DNA of 64,000 nucleotides from an uncultured Nitrososphaerota archaeon (GCA_963799845.1 CAWCYI010000006.1:1504001-1568000); one strand, 5' to 3'. Shown: positions 30,576-41,436, numbered from the stretch's first letter. Notes: generated by a model from the letters alone, not told the origin. Program-made: numbers and translations.

Positions 30576-31352
30576 TTGTCCAAGGCCTCAAAGAAAAAGG
30601 AAGCCCGGAGGGAGAGGAGAAAAGAGACTGGGAAATCTCGGCAAACCGCCTTTCTAGTGCTCGGGGTCGTAATTGCAATCATTGTGTTATCAGCGCTAGT
30701 CCTTTCTCTTGGAGTGAAGCACGGCACGTCGACCACATCTAGTCAGACTACTTTTTCCAATCCCTCCAACAAGTCGGTCATCCTCTACGTGAATCAGGGG
30801 AACGCGCTCGTTGACAGGAGTAATTTTTCCGAGCTTTTGACCTATGCAAAGTCGCAACACTTCAACACAATCTTCTTTCAGGTCTACAGGAGCGGGCAGG
30901 TTCTGTTCAATCAAAGTGATCTGACCTTTTTCGAGGAAAACGCCCATCTCCAAAAATTCAGCATATACTTTGCGCTCTACTTTACCAGTCCAACGCAACA
31001 GATTCCCAGCTCGATTTACACGCTGGGAGAAGACGGAATTAACCTGGATATGTCTACCCTGCCCGTTTCAGACCAGAATAACCTGCTCGCCGCGCTAAAG
31101 CAGAATTTTGACGGAAAAACGGCTGTCACCACGACAAACTTGACTTCTATTCTAAAGCCTGATTTGCTGATTTTGGAGACCTACAATTTTCAGGCCGATG
31201 AACAGTATATCCACTCCGGGATCATAGCTTCGGTCGAACCGCTGACTATCTCGACATCGCAGGGATACCAGCAGCAGTTCCAGTACGCCCTGACAAACAG
31301 TGATGGCGTGATGGTCTTTGACTATTATGGCCTGCTTAAGACTGGTTACTAA
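30576..31352 (+). CDS. Membrane-anchored putative glycoside-hydrolase-like TIM barrel; paralog of 35493-36188
   Basis: HFNTIFFQVY, GINLDM, SDGVMVFDYY. Confidence 0.65.
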   Translation: MSKASKKKEARRERRKETGKSRQTAFLVLGVVIAIIVLSALVLSLGVKHGTSTTSSQTTFSNPSNKSVILYVNQGNALVDRSNFSELLTYAKSQHFNTIFFQVYRSGQVLFNQSDLTFFEENAHLQKFSIYFALYFTSPTQQIPSSIYTLGEDGINLDMSTLPVSDQNNLLAALKQNFDGKTAVTTTNLTSILKPDLLILETYNFQADEQYIHSGIIASVEPLTISTSQGYQQQFQYALTNSDGVMVFDYYGLLKTGY

Positions 31353-31433
31353 CCGCGGATTAGCGCGGAAAGTGGGAATTTCTTATTATAGGCGAATCGT
31401 GCTGATTTCTGAGCAATAGGAACGCTTCCGCTC

Positions 31434-32291
31434 TTGAGTGACTCGGGAAAAGCCCAGCAGGGCCAGACGAAAGCTGGTGACTCGACCGTTGAGGGAGCGA
31501 GGATGTCCTTCTTTGAGCACCTCAGCGAGCTTGCGAGCCGATTGAAGAAGGCGCTTTTGGCTTTCATCGTAGCGTTTGTCGTAGTCTCTTCCCTCCCCAA
31601 TCCGCTCCACCCGATTGGAGGACCGGGTAATCTATTTGGATATGATTTTCTAGTAATCGCGCTCGTTCGGGATGCCGAAGCCTATGGCGCCAAGAATTTC
31701 AGATTCATAGCGCCCAATCCGATAACGCCGATTACTGTTTTCATCAACGTTTCTCTTGTCCTCGCGGTCGTAATTTCGCTGCCCATCATTTTCTATGAAA
31801 TCTATGGCTTTGTCGCGCCTGGGCTTTATCAAAGGGAAAAGAAGGCTGTAAGAAAGTACATTGCACCGTTTTCCGGATTATTTGCTATAGGAGCAGCCTT
31901 CGGTCTACTCCTAATATTTCCGACGATTATGCGAATATTACTGACTTTTTACACGGCGTTCAATCTTCAAAACCTCATATCTGTTGAGGACTTTATCAAC
32001 CTCCTTTTGCTGATCCCAGTCTTAACCGGACTGGCATTCACATTCCCGGTCTTTCTAGTTCCTCTAGTGGAATTCAAAGTTATCAGCGCGAAGCAGCTCT
32101 CAAAGGCTAGAAAATGGGTCTACATAATTGTCGCGCTTGGTGTAAGCATCGCGAACCCCGATCCGACCGATATTTCGAGCCTGCCGATAATAATTCCAAT
32201 TTTCGTCTTGTACGAGATTACGATACTGATAGCGAAGAGAGTCGAGAAAAATCGTCTAAAAACTTCGGCCGAGGCTACGGTACCAGCTTAA
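31434..32291 (+). CDS. tatC: Twin-arginine translocase TatC
   Basis: MSFFEHLSELASRL, GFVAPGLYQREKK, NPDPTD, LYEITI. Confidence 0.95.
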   Translation: MSDSGKAQQGQTKAGDSTVEGARMSFFEHLSELASRLKKALLAFIVAFVVVSSLPNPLHPIGGPGNLFGYDFLVIALVRDAEAYGAKNFRFIAPNPITPITVFINVSLVLAVVISLPIIFYEIYGFVAPGLYQREKKAVRKYIAPFSGLFAIGAAFGLLLIFPTIMRILLTFYTAFNLQNLISVEDFINLLLLIPVLTGLAFTFPVFLVPLVEFKVISAKQLSKARKWVYIIVALGVSIANPDPTDISSLPIIIPIFVLYEITILIAKRVEKNRLKTSAEATVPA

Positions 32292-32349
32292 GATTTCAAG
32301 CTTGGCTGTAGTCGCCCTAACTTTCCAGGCTAATTGAGGCAGCGGCAAC

Positions 32350-33291
32350 ATGCTGGATTCCCCTGAAATTTCTGTCGGAGTTGGAGGCTGGGCGTACTTT
32401 CCGGTCAGGCAGAACAAACTTGCGCTGTGCTCCAAGATATTTGATTTCGTGGAGGTGAACTCGACTTTTTACAAACTGCCCGCCGTCAAATTAGCGCTAA
32501 AGTGGCGAGCAACCGTGCCGGAAGAGTTCGAATTCAGCATGCGCGCTAACGGAAAGCTCACGCACGAGAACCACCTCGAACCTTCGGAAGAGAATTTTCG
32601 GGAGTATGAGAAGAATATCGTGATATGCAGATCTCTGCAAGCTTTTGTTCTTCATTTTCAGTTCCCGCCATCCTTCGAGGTGAGTCGCCAGGTGGTAGAT
32701 AAATGGAAAGACTTCTTTTCATCAGCGAAGAAGGAGCGGGGTCTAAGTATTGCGATAGAAGTCCGAAATCCGAGTACCGCAAGCGCGAATTACCTCCAAT
32801 CATTCTTCAAGGACTACGATATTGTGACCACCTCTGACGCATCCAAGAACGAGGTTAGATCATCCAGCCGCTCTAAAATATTGTATTCGCGGGTTTTCGG
32901 TCTCGGCGACCACACAAAATGGAGTTTTTCCACCAGCGAGTTAGAGGCGCTGAAGGAACGGGTAGAGAAAGTTTCTGCCACAAAGAGGTACATAACATTT
33001 CACAACATCACCATGTACGAAGACGGCGCGAGGCTGAAAAATTTGATCAGGGAGGGCGTCGACCTGGCTCCCGAAAGACCCTTTGGTCGTGATTCTCTCA
33101 AGCAGACGATCGTCTCCGCGAGAGTAACTTTTCCCATTTCGAAGGAGGAGTTACTTTCTGATCTTTCGTGGCGGGTAATCACGGCGGAGAATGGGCTCAG
33201 AATACGCGCCAATCAGGCCTTAGGACAAGTACCCGAAGGGTTCAAGTTCAACTCAATTGATGAGATTGTGAAGGCTTACCTGGGTCCTTGA
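32350..33291 (+). CDS. DUF72 protein with C-terminal extension
   Basis: VGVGGW, FDFVEVNSTFY, QFPPSF, IEVR. Confidence 0.85.
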   Translation: MLDSPEISVGVGGWAYFPVRQNKLALCSKIFDFVEVNSTFYKLPAVKLALKWRATVPEEFEFSMRANGKLTHENHLEPSEENFREYEKNIVICRSLQAFVLHFQFPPSFEVSRQVVDKWKDFFSSAKKERGLSIAIEVRNPSTASANYLQSFFKDYDIVTTSDASKNEVRSSSRSKILYSRVFGLGDHTKWSFSTSELEALKERVEKVSATKRYITFHNITMYEDGARLKNLIREGVDLAPERPFGRDSLKQTIVSARVTFPISKEELLSDLSWRVITAENGLRIRANQALGQVPEGFKFNSIDEIVKAYLGP

Positions 33292-33524
33292 TCTGGAAAT
33301 ATTGTTATCATCCAGCATAACCTTTTCTGAAAGGAGTTCTAGCGCTGAACCATCTCCTTCTATTATTAGGAATCAGGAGGTAACGGTTTTTTCTATGATT
33401 CCATCCGTCTAGAATGAGTTGATCCTGACCTTCGAGTTTTGATATCTCTATGACCGACTGGAATCGTTTACTTTATCGCTGTCCTAATATAGCTCGATCA
33501 ATACCGCAACATGTTGATGATTAA

Positions 33525-33980
33525 TTGGGCAAACGCATTGCGCACTTTGAAATCCCAGTAACTGACCTAGAGAGGATGAGCAAGTTCTACGGCGACCTGT
33601 TCGGATGGAAGTTCAATAGGGATGCCATGCCTGGCATGGACTATTGGATGATCGAAACAACGGGTTCGGGTGTAAATGATCTTGGAGGCGGGATGTATCG
33701 AAAGCAGGGAGTCCCTGCTGAGATGCCGAGATTTTACATCAATGTCGACGACATTGACCAACACACCGAGATGTTCAGGCAAGCCGGAGGAACGGTGCTA
33801 GTCGAAAAGATGGAGGTTCCCGGTTTCGGTTGGAGCGTACTGGGTACTGATCCTGAAGGAAATGTCTTGGGTCTGTTCCAGCCGACGCGACCGCCGCCCG
33901 CTCCGAGAAAAGCGAGCACTCCCAAGAGAGCAAGCAAAGCGAAAAAGTCTTCGAAATCAGCGAAGAAGCGAAAGAAGTAA
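33525..33980 (+). CDS. VOC/glyoxalase protein with basic C-terminal tail
   Basis: HFEIPVTD...FYGDLFGW...DPEGNVLGL. Confidence 0.9.
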   Translation: MGKRIAHFEIPVTDLERMSKFYGDLFGWKFNRDAMPGMDYWMIETTGSGVNDLGGGMYRKQGVPAEMPRFYINVDDIDQHTEMFRQAGGTVLVEKMEVPGFGWSVLGTDPEGNVLGLFQPTRPPPAPRKASTPKRASKAKKSSKSAKKRKK

Positions 33981-34020
33981 GCTGTTGCAGCTTACTTTCC
34001 TTTTTTACGGACGGGTAAAC

Positions 34021-34260
34021 TCACATCGAGTTGTTCATTAATTCCTGAACTTTCTCGACCCGGATCGATACAAAAACTAGGACGTATGTGAAAACTATCG
34101 AAGTGATCAGCCCGATGATGTTCAATTCGTGGTTTGGAGGATCGGAACATCGGCAGAGACTGATAATCGGACAACTGCATGGAGTAGAAGTAGAACCGAA
34201 AAGCGCGATAGCCGTGCCAAGGATTATCAGTGGTAGGGGCCACAACTTTCTTAATCGCAA
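34021..34260 (-). CDS. Small membrane protein with Cys cluster
   Basis: TM-PCSCPIISLCRC-TM. Confidence 0.45.
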   Translation of the reverse strand: MRLRKLWPLPLIILGTAIALFGSTSTPCSCPIISLCRCSDPPNHELNIIGLITSIVFTYVLVFVSIRVEKVQELMNNSM

Positions 34261-34977
34261 ATCATAATTCGGCCATTTACTCGTTACTCAACGTGTTTGC
34301 TTTAGTTCTAGTCATTAGAACAGGGATCTTCAGAGAAAAAAGTGTACACACGCCGAATGAGATTCTGACCAATTCAAATGAAATAAACTAGTACAGCGTA
34401 TCCAGCTGATTTTTGAGCGCGGTTTGAGTCGGTCATTATGAAGGAAAGTAACCAATTCGACAATTGCAGAAGGAGCGCTCTCGGCAATCTTTGATGGTTA
34501 TATATCCGCAATGGAAGGGTGCGTAGAATCAGGCCAATGCCAAACATCAGAGAAAGAATCCAGAGAGTGCGAATTCGACAAAAAAGAATTCGTAAAGTCT
34601 ACAATGGTTTTGATCCCGAATTTTACGGCTTTTAGCAAATCCAGAGATTTCATTCAGGGATGGTGAAGCCAGCTCGCCTCTCTTAGGAAGTTTGGCATCC
34701 ATTTGATTTTAGATCGCAATAGCCTTCCTTTCTAGCTGTGTTTCCGACAATCTAGCTCTGAAGCTGATTTCCGCTCTTGACCCGAAATGTACTGCGGAAA
34801 TCTTGCCGCGCAAGACCATCCGGAGAAAGAGACCTGTCAAAACACGGTTATTTGCATCGTATACATATCAATGTTCTACATGAGAGATCCATTCGATCGA
34901 CAAATCGATACGAATAAAGGGAGTGAATTACAATTGCTTTCGAGACTCAATCTAGTTTCAATGGTGTCACAGCAACT

Positions 34978-35436
34978 TTGTCCAATGAACGCGACGCCGG
35001 CGCGGAGAAAAAAACAATCGCGGAGTCCCAGCTGAAGGGGAATACCCTTCGCACCTACATTTACGTGGTCACCCACAAAAAGAGCGGCGTCCGGGAAGTT
35101 CAAAGAGAACTCCATCTCTCCAGCTCCTCTCTCGCTCAGTACCACCTGAGCAAGCTCGTTGATCTCGGTCTCCTGACCGAGAACGGGGGAGAATACTTTG
35201 TGGCTGACCAGATCAAGGTTGATGTCCTCAAGGACTTTTTGAAATTCGGGACGCTGATTGTCCCGAGATTCATATTCTACGCAGTTTTCTTTACGATTAT
35301 CTCAGGTTTTTTCGGGGTTATAGTGCTTCAGCGTTCCTTCAGCGAGCTTGACATCTTCTTCGTGCTGATGTTGATACTTGCGAGCGTCTTGTTCTGGTAT
35401 GAGGCGCTGAGAGCGTGGATTCGAGGGCCTGTTTGA
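34978..35436 (+). CDS. Membrane-anchored winged-helix regulator
   Basis: LKGNTLRTY...GVREVQREL.LSS.SLAQYHLSKL plus two C-terminal TMs. Confidence 0.85.
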   Translation: MSNERDAGAEKKTIAESQLKGNTLRTYIYVVTHKKSGVREVQRELHLSSSSLAQYHLSKLVDLGLLTENGGEYFVADQIKVDVLKDFLKFGTLIVPRFIFYAVFFTIISGFFGVIVLQRSFSELDIFFVLMLILASVLFWYEALRAWIRGPV

Positions 35437-35492
35437 TCGCTTGAGAAATCAGATATAGATCGCTACCTACTATTCACTATCATATTCGGCTA

Positions 35493-36188
35493 ATGTCAAA
35501 GAAACGGAAACTAGCCATAACATTAGTAACGATCCTCATCCTTGGTGTCTTCCTTTTCTTAATCTTCCCCCCATGTTTCTCTGGCAAACAATCTTCTGAG
35601 CCGATCATCCTCTACTACGACTACGAAAATCTGCCATTTTCTCCCTCGCAATTCCCGCAGATCGTGAACGTGACTCTGCAACACCACTTCAACACCCTGA
35701 TGCTGCTCGTTTACGTTGACCACAAACCAATTTTCAATTCCTCGACCATCCAGTACTTTCTTTCATACTCGTATTCGAGAAACCTAACTTTCGTACCGAG
35801 CTACTATATCGAATCTCTCAGCGATAATATCAATGTCTCAGGTCTCCGCTGGATAAACCTGGACATGGAGCGAATCTCTCCGGACCTCCAACGCTTTTTC
35901 TATGCACGTACTTTAGCGCAAGGGGTCGGAAAAATTTCCGTAACATCTCCCTACGGACAACCTGCCGAGTTTAGCCCTTCGATTAACATAGCAGAGACGT
36001 ACGCCGGGTCTCCCTGGTTTTGGTTGTTGCAGCTAACCTATCTCCATTACAATCATATCTGCTCGGTCGGCATTTGGCTACTGCACAGTCAACAGGAATA
36101 TGATTCCGAAAAGGGATACTGCTTGAAGTATTCAGACGGCGTGATGGTCTTCGATTACTACAATCTAATCAAATCCGGTTTTGACTAG
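35493..36188 (+). CDS. Membrane-anchored putative TIM barrel; paralog of 30576-31352
   Basis: HFNTLMLLVY, WINLDME, SDGVMVFDYY. Confidence 0.65.
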   Translation: MSKKRKLAITLVTILILGVFLFLIFPPCFSGKQSSEPIILYYDYENLPFSPSQFPQIVNVTLQHHFNTLMLLVYVDHKPIFNSSTIQYFLSYSYSRNLTFVPSYYIESLSDNINVSGLRWINLDMERISPDLQRFFYARTLAQGVGKISVTSPYGQPAEFSPSINIAETYAGSPWFWLLQLTYLHYNHICSVGIWLLHSQQEYDSEKGYCLKYSDGVMVFDYYNLIKSGFD

Positions 36189-37635
36189 ACCTCCGCGCCC
36201 AAGGCAAAACCATCTAATACGGGCCGGAGAGGTCGTGTTAGATCGACGCCGGTTTTCACACTTGTCCGACCCCGCAGCGACCGCCCCTCCAAAGATATCA
36301 GATAGGACTGTCGGGTCATCGCCCGCTTCCGAAAAGGGTGCGAAGAGCAGTAAGAAGCCCAGCTGGTTTTACAGCGCTCTGCCGTTCAACGTGGCATCGG
36401 GGCCACTGAGCACATTCATACAGCTGGCTCTGCTTCATTACTACGGCCTATCGACCGGTACCGTCTACATAGGCTTGATCGTGACGCTTTACAACGGCGT
36501 TACGATTCCGGCCGCGATGCTATGGGGATTTGCAACCGACAGGTTTCACCGGAGGAAGCCGATCATCGCCATTAGCTTCGTCATAGTCGCAATCGACCTA
36601 GCTGCTCTATTGTTCACAAAATCCGTAATTGGCGTTGGACTGCTTTACAGCCTGTTCGGTCTCTTTGCGACTGCCTCGGCAACCCCCTACAACCTGCTCA
36701 TCATGGAGACGCAGCCGAAGCACAGTTGGGCCGCGGCATTTGCAAAATTCTCGATGATCGGAACGTTGGGTAACGTTTTCGGACTGTTTCTCAGCCTGGT
36801 GTGGGTGGCGTTCTTGCCGTTCGAGTTGCTTGTGATCCCGCTATCAGCGCTTTGTCTTGTTTCAGCAGCACTGGCGGTCTGGCTGATCGACGAGCCCAGC
36901 TTTGTTTTCGAGCGACAGATGATAGTCATGCAAAAGCCCAGCTTTTCTCACAGGTTGCAAGCGGTTCCGATGATGTTTCTGCACGTTCCCAGACCGCATG
37001 ATTTCAAAGGAGTTTTCAACGGGCTTCGCCACGAGTTGACCAGTCAGGTCCCGGTACTCTATCTTTCAATCGTTTTTTTCAATGTCGCGGGCGGCATCTT
37101 CAACACTTCACTGATTCCGTCGATGTCCCGGAACGACCTGAGCCAGAGTGATATCTACTTGGTCTATCTGGTGGCGATGGTGATCCAGGTGATAGCGTTC
37201 CGTTACGCGGCCCCCTACATCGCAAGGCGGACTCTAGTCAAGACCGCGGTGGGAGGACTCGTAATCAGATCCATTTGCTACGCATCGATGGGAGTTTCCG
37301 TTTATCTGGTATCGGGGATCTGGTACATTGTCCCGTCGATCATATTCTACCCGATTGCGGCGGGGATAGCATACGCGATCTACTATACTTCATCGAGTAC
37401 GATGGTGTTCAACTCCCTCGGCTCCAGGAGCCACGGATCTTCGCTGGGTGTCTACAGCGCTCTTGTCGGGATCGCATCTATGGCCGGGTCGCTGATCTCC
37501 GGTTTTACTTCTGTCTATCTGGGCTACTATGTTACTTTCGTACTCGCGGCCTTTTTCCTCGTGTCAGCAGCCGCGCTGACTGCCAGCCTCTCAAGATTCG
37601 AGCAGAGCACGAAAATTGCACGGGCCAGCGCTTAG
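36181..37635 (+). CDS. MFS transporter (start uncertain)
   Basis: About 12 TMs; WGFATDRFHRRK motif A. Confidence 0.88.
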   Translation: MTRPPRPRQNHLIRAGEVVLDRRRFSHLSDPAATAPPKISDRTVGSSPASEKGAKSSKKPSWFYSALPFNVASGPLSTFIQLALLHYYGLSTGTVYIGLIVTLYNGVTIPAAMLWGFATDRFHRRKPIIAISFVIVAIDLAALLFTKSVIGVGLLYSLFGLFATASATPYNLLIMETQPKHSWAAAFAKFSMIGTLGNVFGLFLSLVWVAFLPFELLVIPLSALCLVSAALAVWLIDEPSFVFERQMIVMQKPSFSHRLQAVPMMFLHVPRPHDFKGVFNGLRHELTSQVPVLYLSIVFFNVAGGIFNTSLIPSMSRNDLSQSDIYLVYLVAMVIQVIAFRYAAPYIARRTLVKTAVGGLVIRSICYASMGVSVYLVSGIWYIVPSIIFYPIAAGIAYAIYYTSSSTMVFNSLGSRSHGSSLGVYSALVGIASMAGSLISGFTSVYLGYYVTFVLAAFFLVSAAALTASLSRFEQSTKIARASA

Positions 37636-37752
37636 GCGATCTTATTTCCGGAGATGCAATCCAAAAACTGCCCATCTTTCTATAGGCCAACCCCATCAAC
37701 TTTAATTCATGCGCCGCAATACCATTGAGGCACGCAAAGAGAACTATCAAAA

Positions 37753-38280
37753 ATGTCTCTAATAGGCCAACTCCCGCTTGCCGCCGTCGAGCTATCATGC
37801 AAGGATATCGATGGTAGCAAGCGCTTCTACAAAGATATTGTCGGGTTAAAACCGATTGAAGAAGAGTATGGCGGTTCTGGAAGACATAAAGAAGAATCTC
37901 CGAAGAATGTTCATTTTGATCTGGGAAACATCAGGCTCACCCTTTCGCAGATGGCGGTGTCGAAAGTGGGAGACGGCGGTAAGAGCACGGCGCCCGTTTC
38001 TAGCAGACATTTTGTGTTTGTTGTGGAGAACGCGATCGACGCGGTATATGCCGACCTGACAAAACGCGGCGTCAAATTCAAGTCGAGAAAGATCTACGAG
38101 GACTCTTCCGGGAAGGCCATCTGGTTTTCCGATCCCGACGGAAACCTGATTTACGTCTGGCAGCCTCCGCACAGAGAGTCCAAGAATTTCAAAGACGTCG
38201 AGGCCATCGTCAAGCACTACGAACTTGTTTCTAGGGCGCTTGCAGATCTTCGAGAGTCTGAAGAAGTTCAGGGAGAATAG
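37753..38280 (+). CDS. VOC/glyoxalase protein
   Basis: DIDGSKRFYKDIVGL...WFSDPDGN. Confidence 0.85.
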   Translation: MSLIGQLPLAAVELSCKDIDGSKRFYKDIVGLKPIEEEYGGSGRHKEESPKNVHFDLGNIRLTLSQMAVSKVGDGGKSTAPVSSRHFVFVVENAIDAVYADLTKRGVKFKSRKIYEDSSGKAIWFSDPDGNLIYVWQPPHRESKNFKDVEAIVKHYELVSRALADLRESEEVQGE

Positions 38281-38283
38281 TCC

Positions 38284-39378
38284 CTAGTCTTCTCGCCATT
38301 TGAAGAACCTGACCGCCAGAGCGAAAACGATCGCCGATAAAACGACCAGCACTGCGATATCGATCAATGCCCGCGAGTAGTTGTTGTACACCATTACGTT
38401 GTTCAGTCCTTCAATCAGGTAAAATAGCGGCAGGATGTGGGCAATCTCCTGAAGGTAAGTCGGCATCAGGCTGATCGGGAAAAATGTTCCCGACAGGAAC
38501 ATCATTGGAAAAGTTACAATATTCCCGACCACTCCCGCAGATTCGACACTTTTCGTCACTGATCCAACAAGCATTCCCAACGAAACAAAGAATAACGGTC
38601 CAACTAAGAGAAATGGAATCACCGCAGCATTGATTGAAATTTGCGCATTGAATAACAATCTCCCAAATGTGGTCATCAGGAAGAATGAGATGATCGATAG
38701 GATTGTATACCATATGACCTTTGAGGTTAGCCACTCGCCCTTTGTCAGAGGAGTGAGCGAGAGTTGCTTGAAAAACTTGGACTTTTTGTACTCAGAGGAA
38801 ATGTTGACCATCGAAAACATGGGGCTTGTAAGAATGGAAAAACCGATCAGACCTGGAATCAAGAAATCGATATAGGTGTACGACTTTGAGACGACGTTCT
38901 GCGTCTGAAGGCTGATTACTGAGCTTCCATTGACTCTTTTCAGATTGAACGCGTTAACAACTCCGTTCGCGACTCCCAGGACTATCTGCCCCGAAGTATC
39001 GGAGGGATTGCTGTAGACAGTGACGTTCACCGGGGTACCTAAAATGAAGTCGGAAGTGAAATTCGCGGGTATGTAAAGACCTATGTCGCCGGAGTTGGAT
39101 TGGAGGTACTGGGTCAGGCTCTCGTTGTTTGGCAGGATCGTTATTTGAGTCACGTTGGTAGAATTCATGACGCGCATGAACTGCGCTCCAACCGGACCGG
39201 TGTCGTGATTTTGGGCAACGACGGATATAGGCCCGCTGCTGCCGCCCGAAAATATTGCACCGAAAATCAAAATCAGGATAACCGGAAACACAAGTGCAAA
39301 GAAGAAACCCGTCCTGTTTCGCAGGTACTCCCGACGGTATATCGAGAGATCAGAAAAAATTCTCTTAAAGCTGACCAA
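38284..39378 (-). CDS. ABC-2 type exporter permease
   Basis: YIDFLIPG, FPMMFLSGTFFP. Confidence 0.92.
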   Translation of the reverse strand: MVSFKRIFSDLSIYRREYLRNRTGFFFALVFPVILILIFGAIFSGGSSGPISVVAQNHDTGPVGAQFMRVMNSTNVTQITILPNNESLTQYLQSNSGDIGLYIPANFTSDFILGTPVNVTVYSNPSDTSGQIVLGVANGVVNAFNLKRVNGSSVISLQTQNVVSKSYTYIDFLIPGLIGFSILTSPMFSMVNISSEYKKSKFFKQLSLTPLTKGEWLTSKVIWYTILSIISFFLMTTFGRLLFNAQISINAAVIPFLLVGPLFFVSLGMLVGSVTKSVESAGVVGNIVTFPMMFLSGTFFPISLMPTYLQEIAHILPLFYLIEGLNNVMVYNNYSRALIDIAVLVVLSAIVFALAVRFFKWRED

Positions 39379-39389
39379 ATATCTTCGAC

Positions 39390-40160
39390 CTACGAACTTG
39401 TCTTAACCACGTTTCCTTCTTCCTCGATCGGAGCTCCAACAAGCTTCACGAACACATCTTCGAGGGTGTCGCTGACCATGACCTGCCTCTTACCCGAACC
39501 GTACCTGTTGATCAGTTCTTCTGGACTCCCCATGGCAATAATCTTTCCCTTGTTCATAATGGCGACTTTGTCCGCGAGCAGCTGAGCTTCCTCGAGATAG
39601 TGGGTGGTCAAAAGAATCGTTCTGCCCTGCCGCTTCAAAGATCTCATCACGTCCCACATCGTTCTCCTCGCCTGAGGATCCAGTCCAGTAGTGGGTTCGT
39701 CCAAGAAAAGTAGTTCCGGGTTGTTAACCAGCGCCAGCGCTAGGCCGACTTTTTGCTTCTGACCTCCAGACAGGCTCTCAAAAATAACGTTCTTCGCGTC
39801 ATCCAAGACTACCTCCTTTACGATCTGATCGGGGTCAACCTTGACGTCGAACAGGTCAGCGTAGTACTTTACGGCTTCCATTGGCGTGGACTTGTCGAAG
39901 AATCGAAAGCCCTGTGGAATAACCCCGATTTTTCTATGCAGGGCATAGCCATCCTTCCAGGGATCAAATTCCAGCACTTTGACATCTCCTGAATTACGCT
40001 CCCTCAAGCCCTCTAGTATCTCGACCGTAGTCGTCTTTCCTGCTCCGTTCGGGCCCAGAAGGGAAAAAATTTCGCCCTGATCGACGGTAAACGAAATATC
40101 GTCCACTGCTTTCAGCTGACCGTAATATTTCTTGAGCGAAGTGACTTCGATTGCAGGCAT
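39390..40160 (-). CDS. ABC transporter ATP-binding protein
   Basis: GPNGAGKTT, LSGGQ, FLDEPTTGLD, TTHY. Confidence 0.96.
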   Translation of the reverse strand: MPAIEVTSLKKYYGQLKAVDDISFTVDQGEIFSLLGPNGAGKTTTVEILEGLRERNSGDVKVLEFDPWKDGYALHRKIGVIPQGFRFFDKSTPMEAVKYYADLFDVKVDPDQIVKEVVLDDAKNVIFESLSGGQKQKVGLALALVNNPELLFLDEPTTGLDPQARRTMWDVMRSLKRQGRTILLTTHYLEEAQLLADKVAIMNKGKIIAMGSPEELINRYGSGKRQVMVSDTLEDVFVKLVGAPIEEEGNVVKTSS

Positions 40161-40350
40161 GCGTGCTCGCGTCTGTTATTTGGCTGGAATTCTGCCTTGA
40201 TTGCGCACGGTTATTCAAGGTTTCGTGCCTGAAAGAAATAGGTTGATACCTCTTCTATCAGATGGCGCGCGAAAAATTCGAGTAGATTCGTCCGTGAATG
40301 AACCCCAGCCTAATTCATAAAAGAAACGACCTTTTGATTTTTCAAATCAT

Positions 40351-40920
40351 ATGTCTGGACAAGAACCTCCGAAGGCAAAGAAGAAGACGTCTTCCTCGAA
40401 GAAATCTAAAGCTGTAGATCCGATTCCGAAGGGCTTTCACATGGTCACCCCTTACCTTGTGGTGAACAATGGGTCGTCGGCGATCGAGTTTTACAAAAAT
40501 GCATTTGGGGCTAAAGAGATGCTCAGGCACGAGACCCCGGATGGAAAGATTTTGAACGCTCAATTGAAAATTGGTGATTCGATGGTTTTGCTATCGGACG
40601 AATTCCCGGGTGCGGACACAAAGTCTCCAATATCTCTGGGTACATCGACAGTGACTCTGCATGTATACACAAAGGATGTCAACAAACTTTGGGAACAGGC
40701 GGTATCTGCGGGCGCGCGGATCGTCATGCCACTGAACAATCAGTTTTGGGGCGAACGATACGGACAGCTTGTGGATCCGTTTGGTCACCGCTGGTCGCTG
40801 TCCCAGCAAGTGAAGATGAGCGAGGAGGAGATGGAAGCACTTGAGAAAGCTTCCATGGAAATGATGGCCCAGGGGCAACATCCGGGAAAATCGGAAGAGC
40901 CGCCGATCGGCGTGGGCTGA
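40351..40920 (+). CDS. VOC family protein (PhnB-like)
   Basis: VTPYL...AIEFYKNAFGA...QFWGERYGQLVDPFGHRW. Confidence 0.92.
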   Translation: MSGQEPPKAKKKTSSSKKSKAVDPIPKGFHMVTPYLVVNNGSSAIEFYKNAFGAKEMLRHETPDGKILNAQLKIGDSMVLLSDEFPGADTKSPISLGTSTVTLHVYTKDVNKLWEQAVSAGARIVMPLNNQFWGERYGQLVDPFGHRWSLSQQVKMSEEEMEALEKASMEMMAQGQHPGKSEEPPIGVG

Positions 40921-40939
40921 GGTGCTAACTAGGTCTCTT

Positions 40940-41314
40940 TCAGCAGGGGCCTGATTTTTTCACGATCTGATCGATATCAGTCGTTTTCTTAGTGAGCAAC
41001 GTAGCCATAAATTTTCTCGACGGAAATGGAATGAGTATTAGTTTCACATCGGCATAAATGCGTACGACCGCCTTGGTTTCTCCGAATATCTTTTCAGGCT
41101 CGGTGGCGATGCCGAAAATTAGGGCCGAGAAAAGTCCAGCTCTGTTTCGGATTTCTTTTGCAAGCTCCAGGTATTTCTTTTCGTATGCCGGACCGTAAGC
41201 CCTGCCCACGACCTCACCCCTGTCGTCATTTATCGTGAGGGAAAGTATTGATTTTTCTGACTTTAGTATTTTCATGCCCAGAGTGTCAAACCGGTTTGCA
41301 GAATCTTTCATCAA
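40940..41314 (-). CDS. Roadblock/profilin-like thaumarchaeal protein
   Basis: ILSLTINDDRGEVV...FGETKAVVRIY..VKLILIP pattern. Confidence 0.55.
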   Translation of the reverse strand: MMKDSANRFDTLGMKILKSEKSILSLTINDDRGEVVGRAYGPAYEKKYLELAKEIRNRAGLFSALIFGIATEPEKIFGETKAVVRIYADVKLILIPFPSRKFMATLLTKKTTDIDQIVKKSGPC

Positions 41315-41436
41315 TTCTTTCTATCGAGAAACTCCCTTTGTTGCGCGGCCAAACCCAATAATCGCCGCATATTAAGAGTTTAACCTTAATACCGATCGGT
41401 CAGGTAATTGGTACAGAGGTCGTGCCGGAAGGATAA

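Noticed and set aside
34730-34780. AGCT-rich stretch as a fourth copy of the dispersed repeat
   Set aside because: Only short motif similarity; no alignable block.
34896-34909. ATCGA-CAAA-TCGAT as a fifth sulfur operator
   Set aside because: The spacer is 4 nt rather than 3 and it precedes an unrelated wHTH gene.
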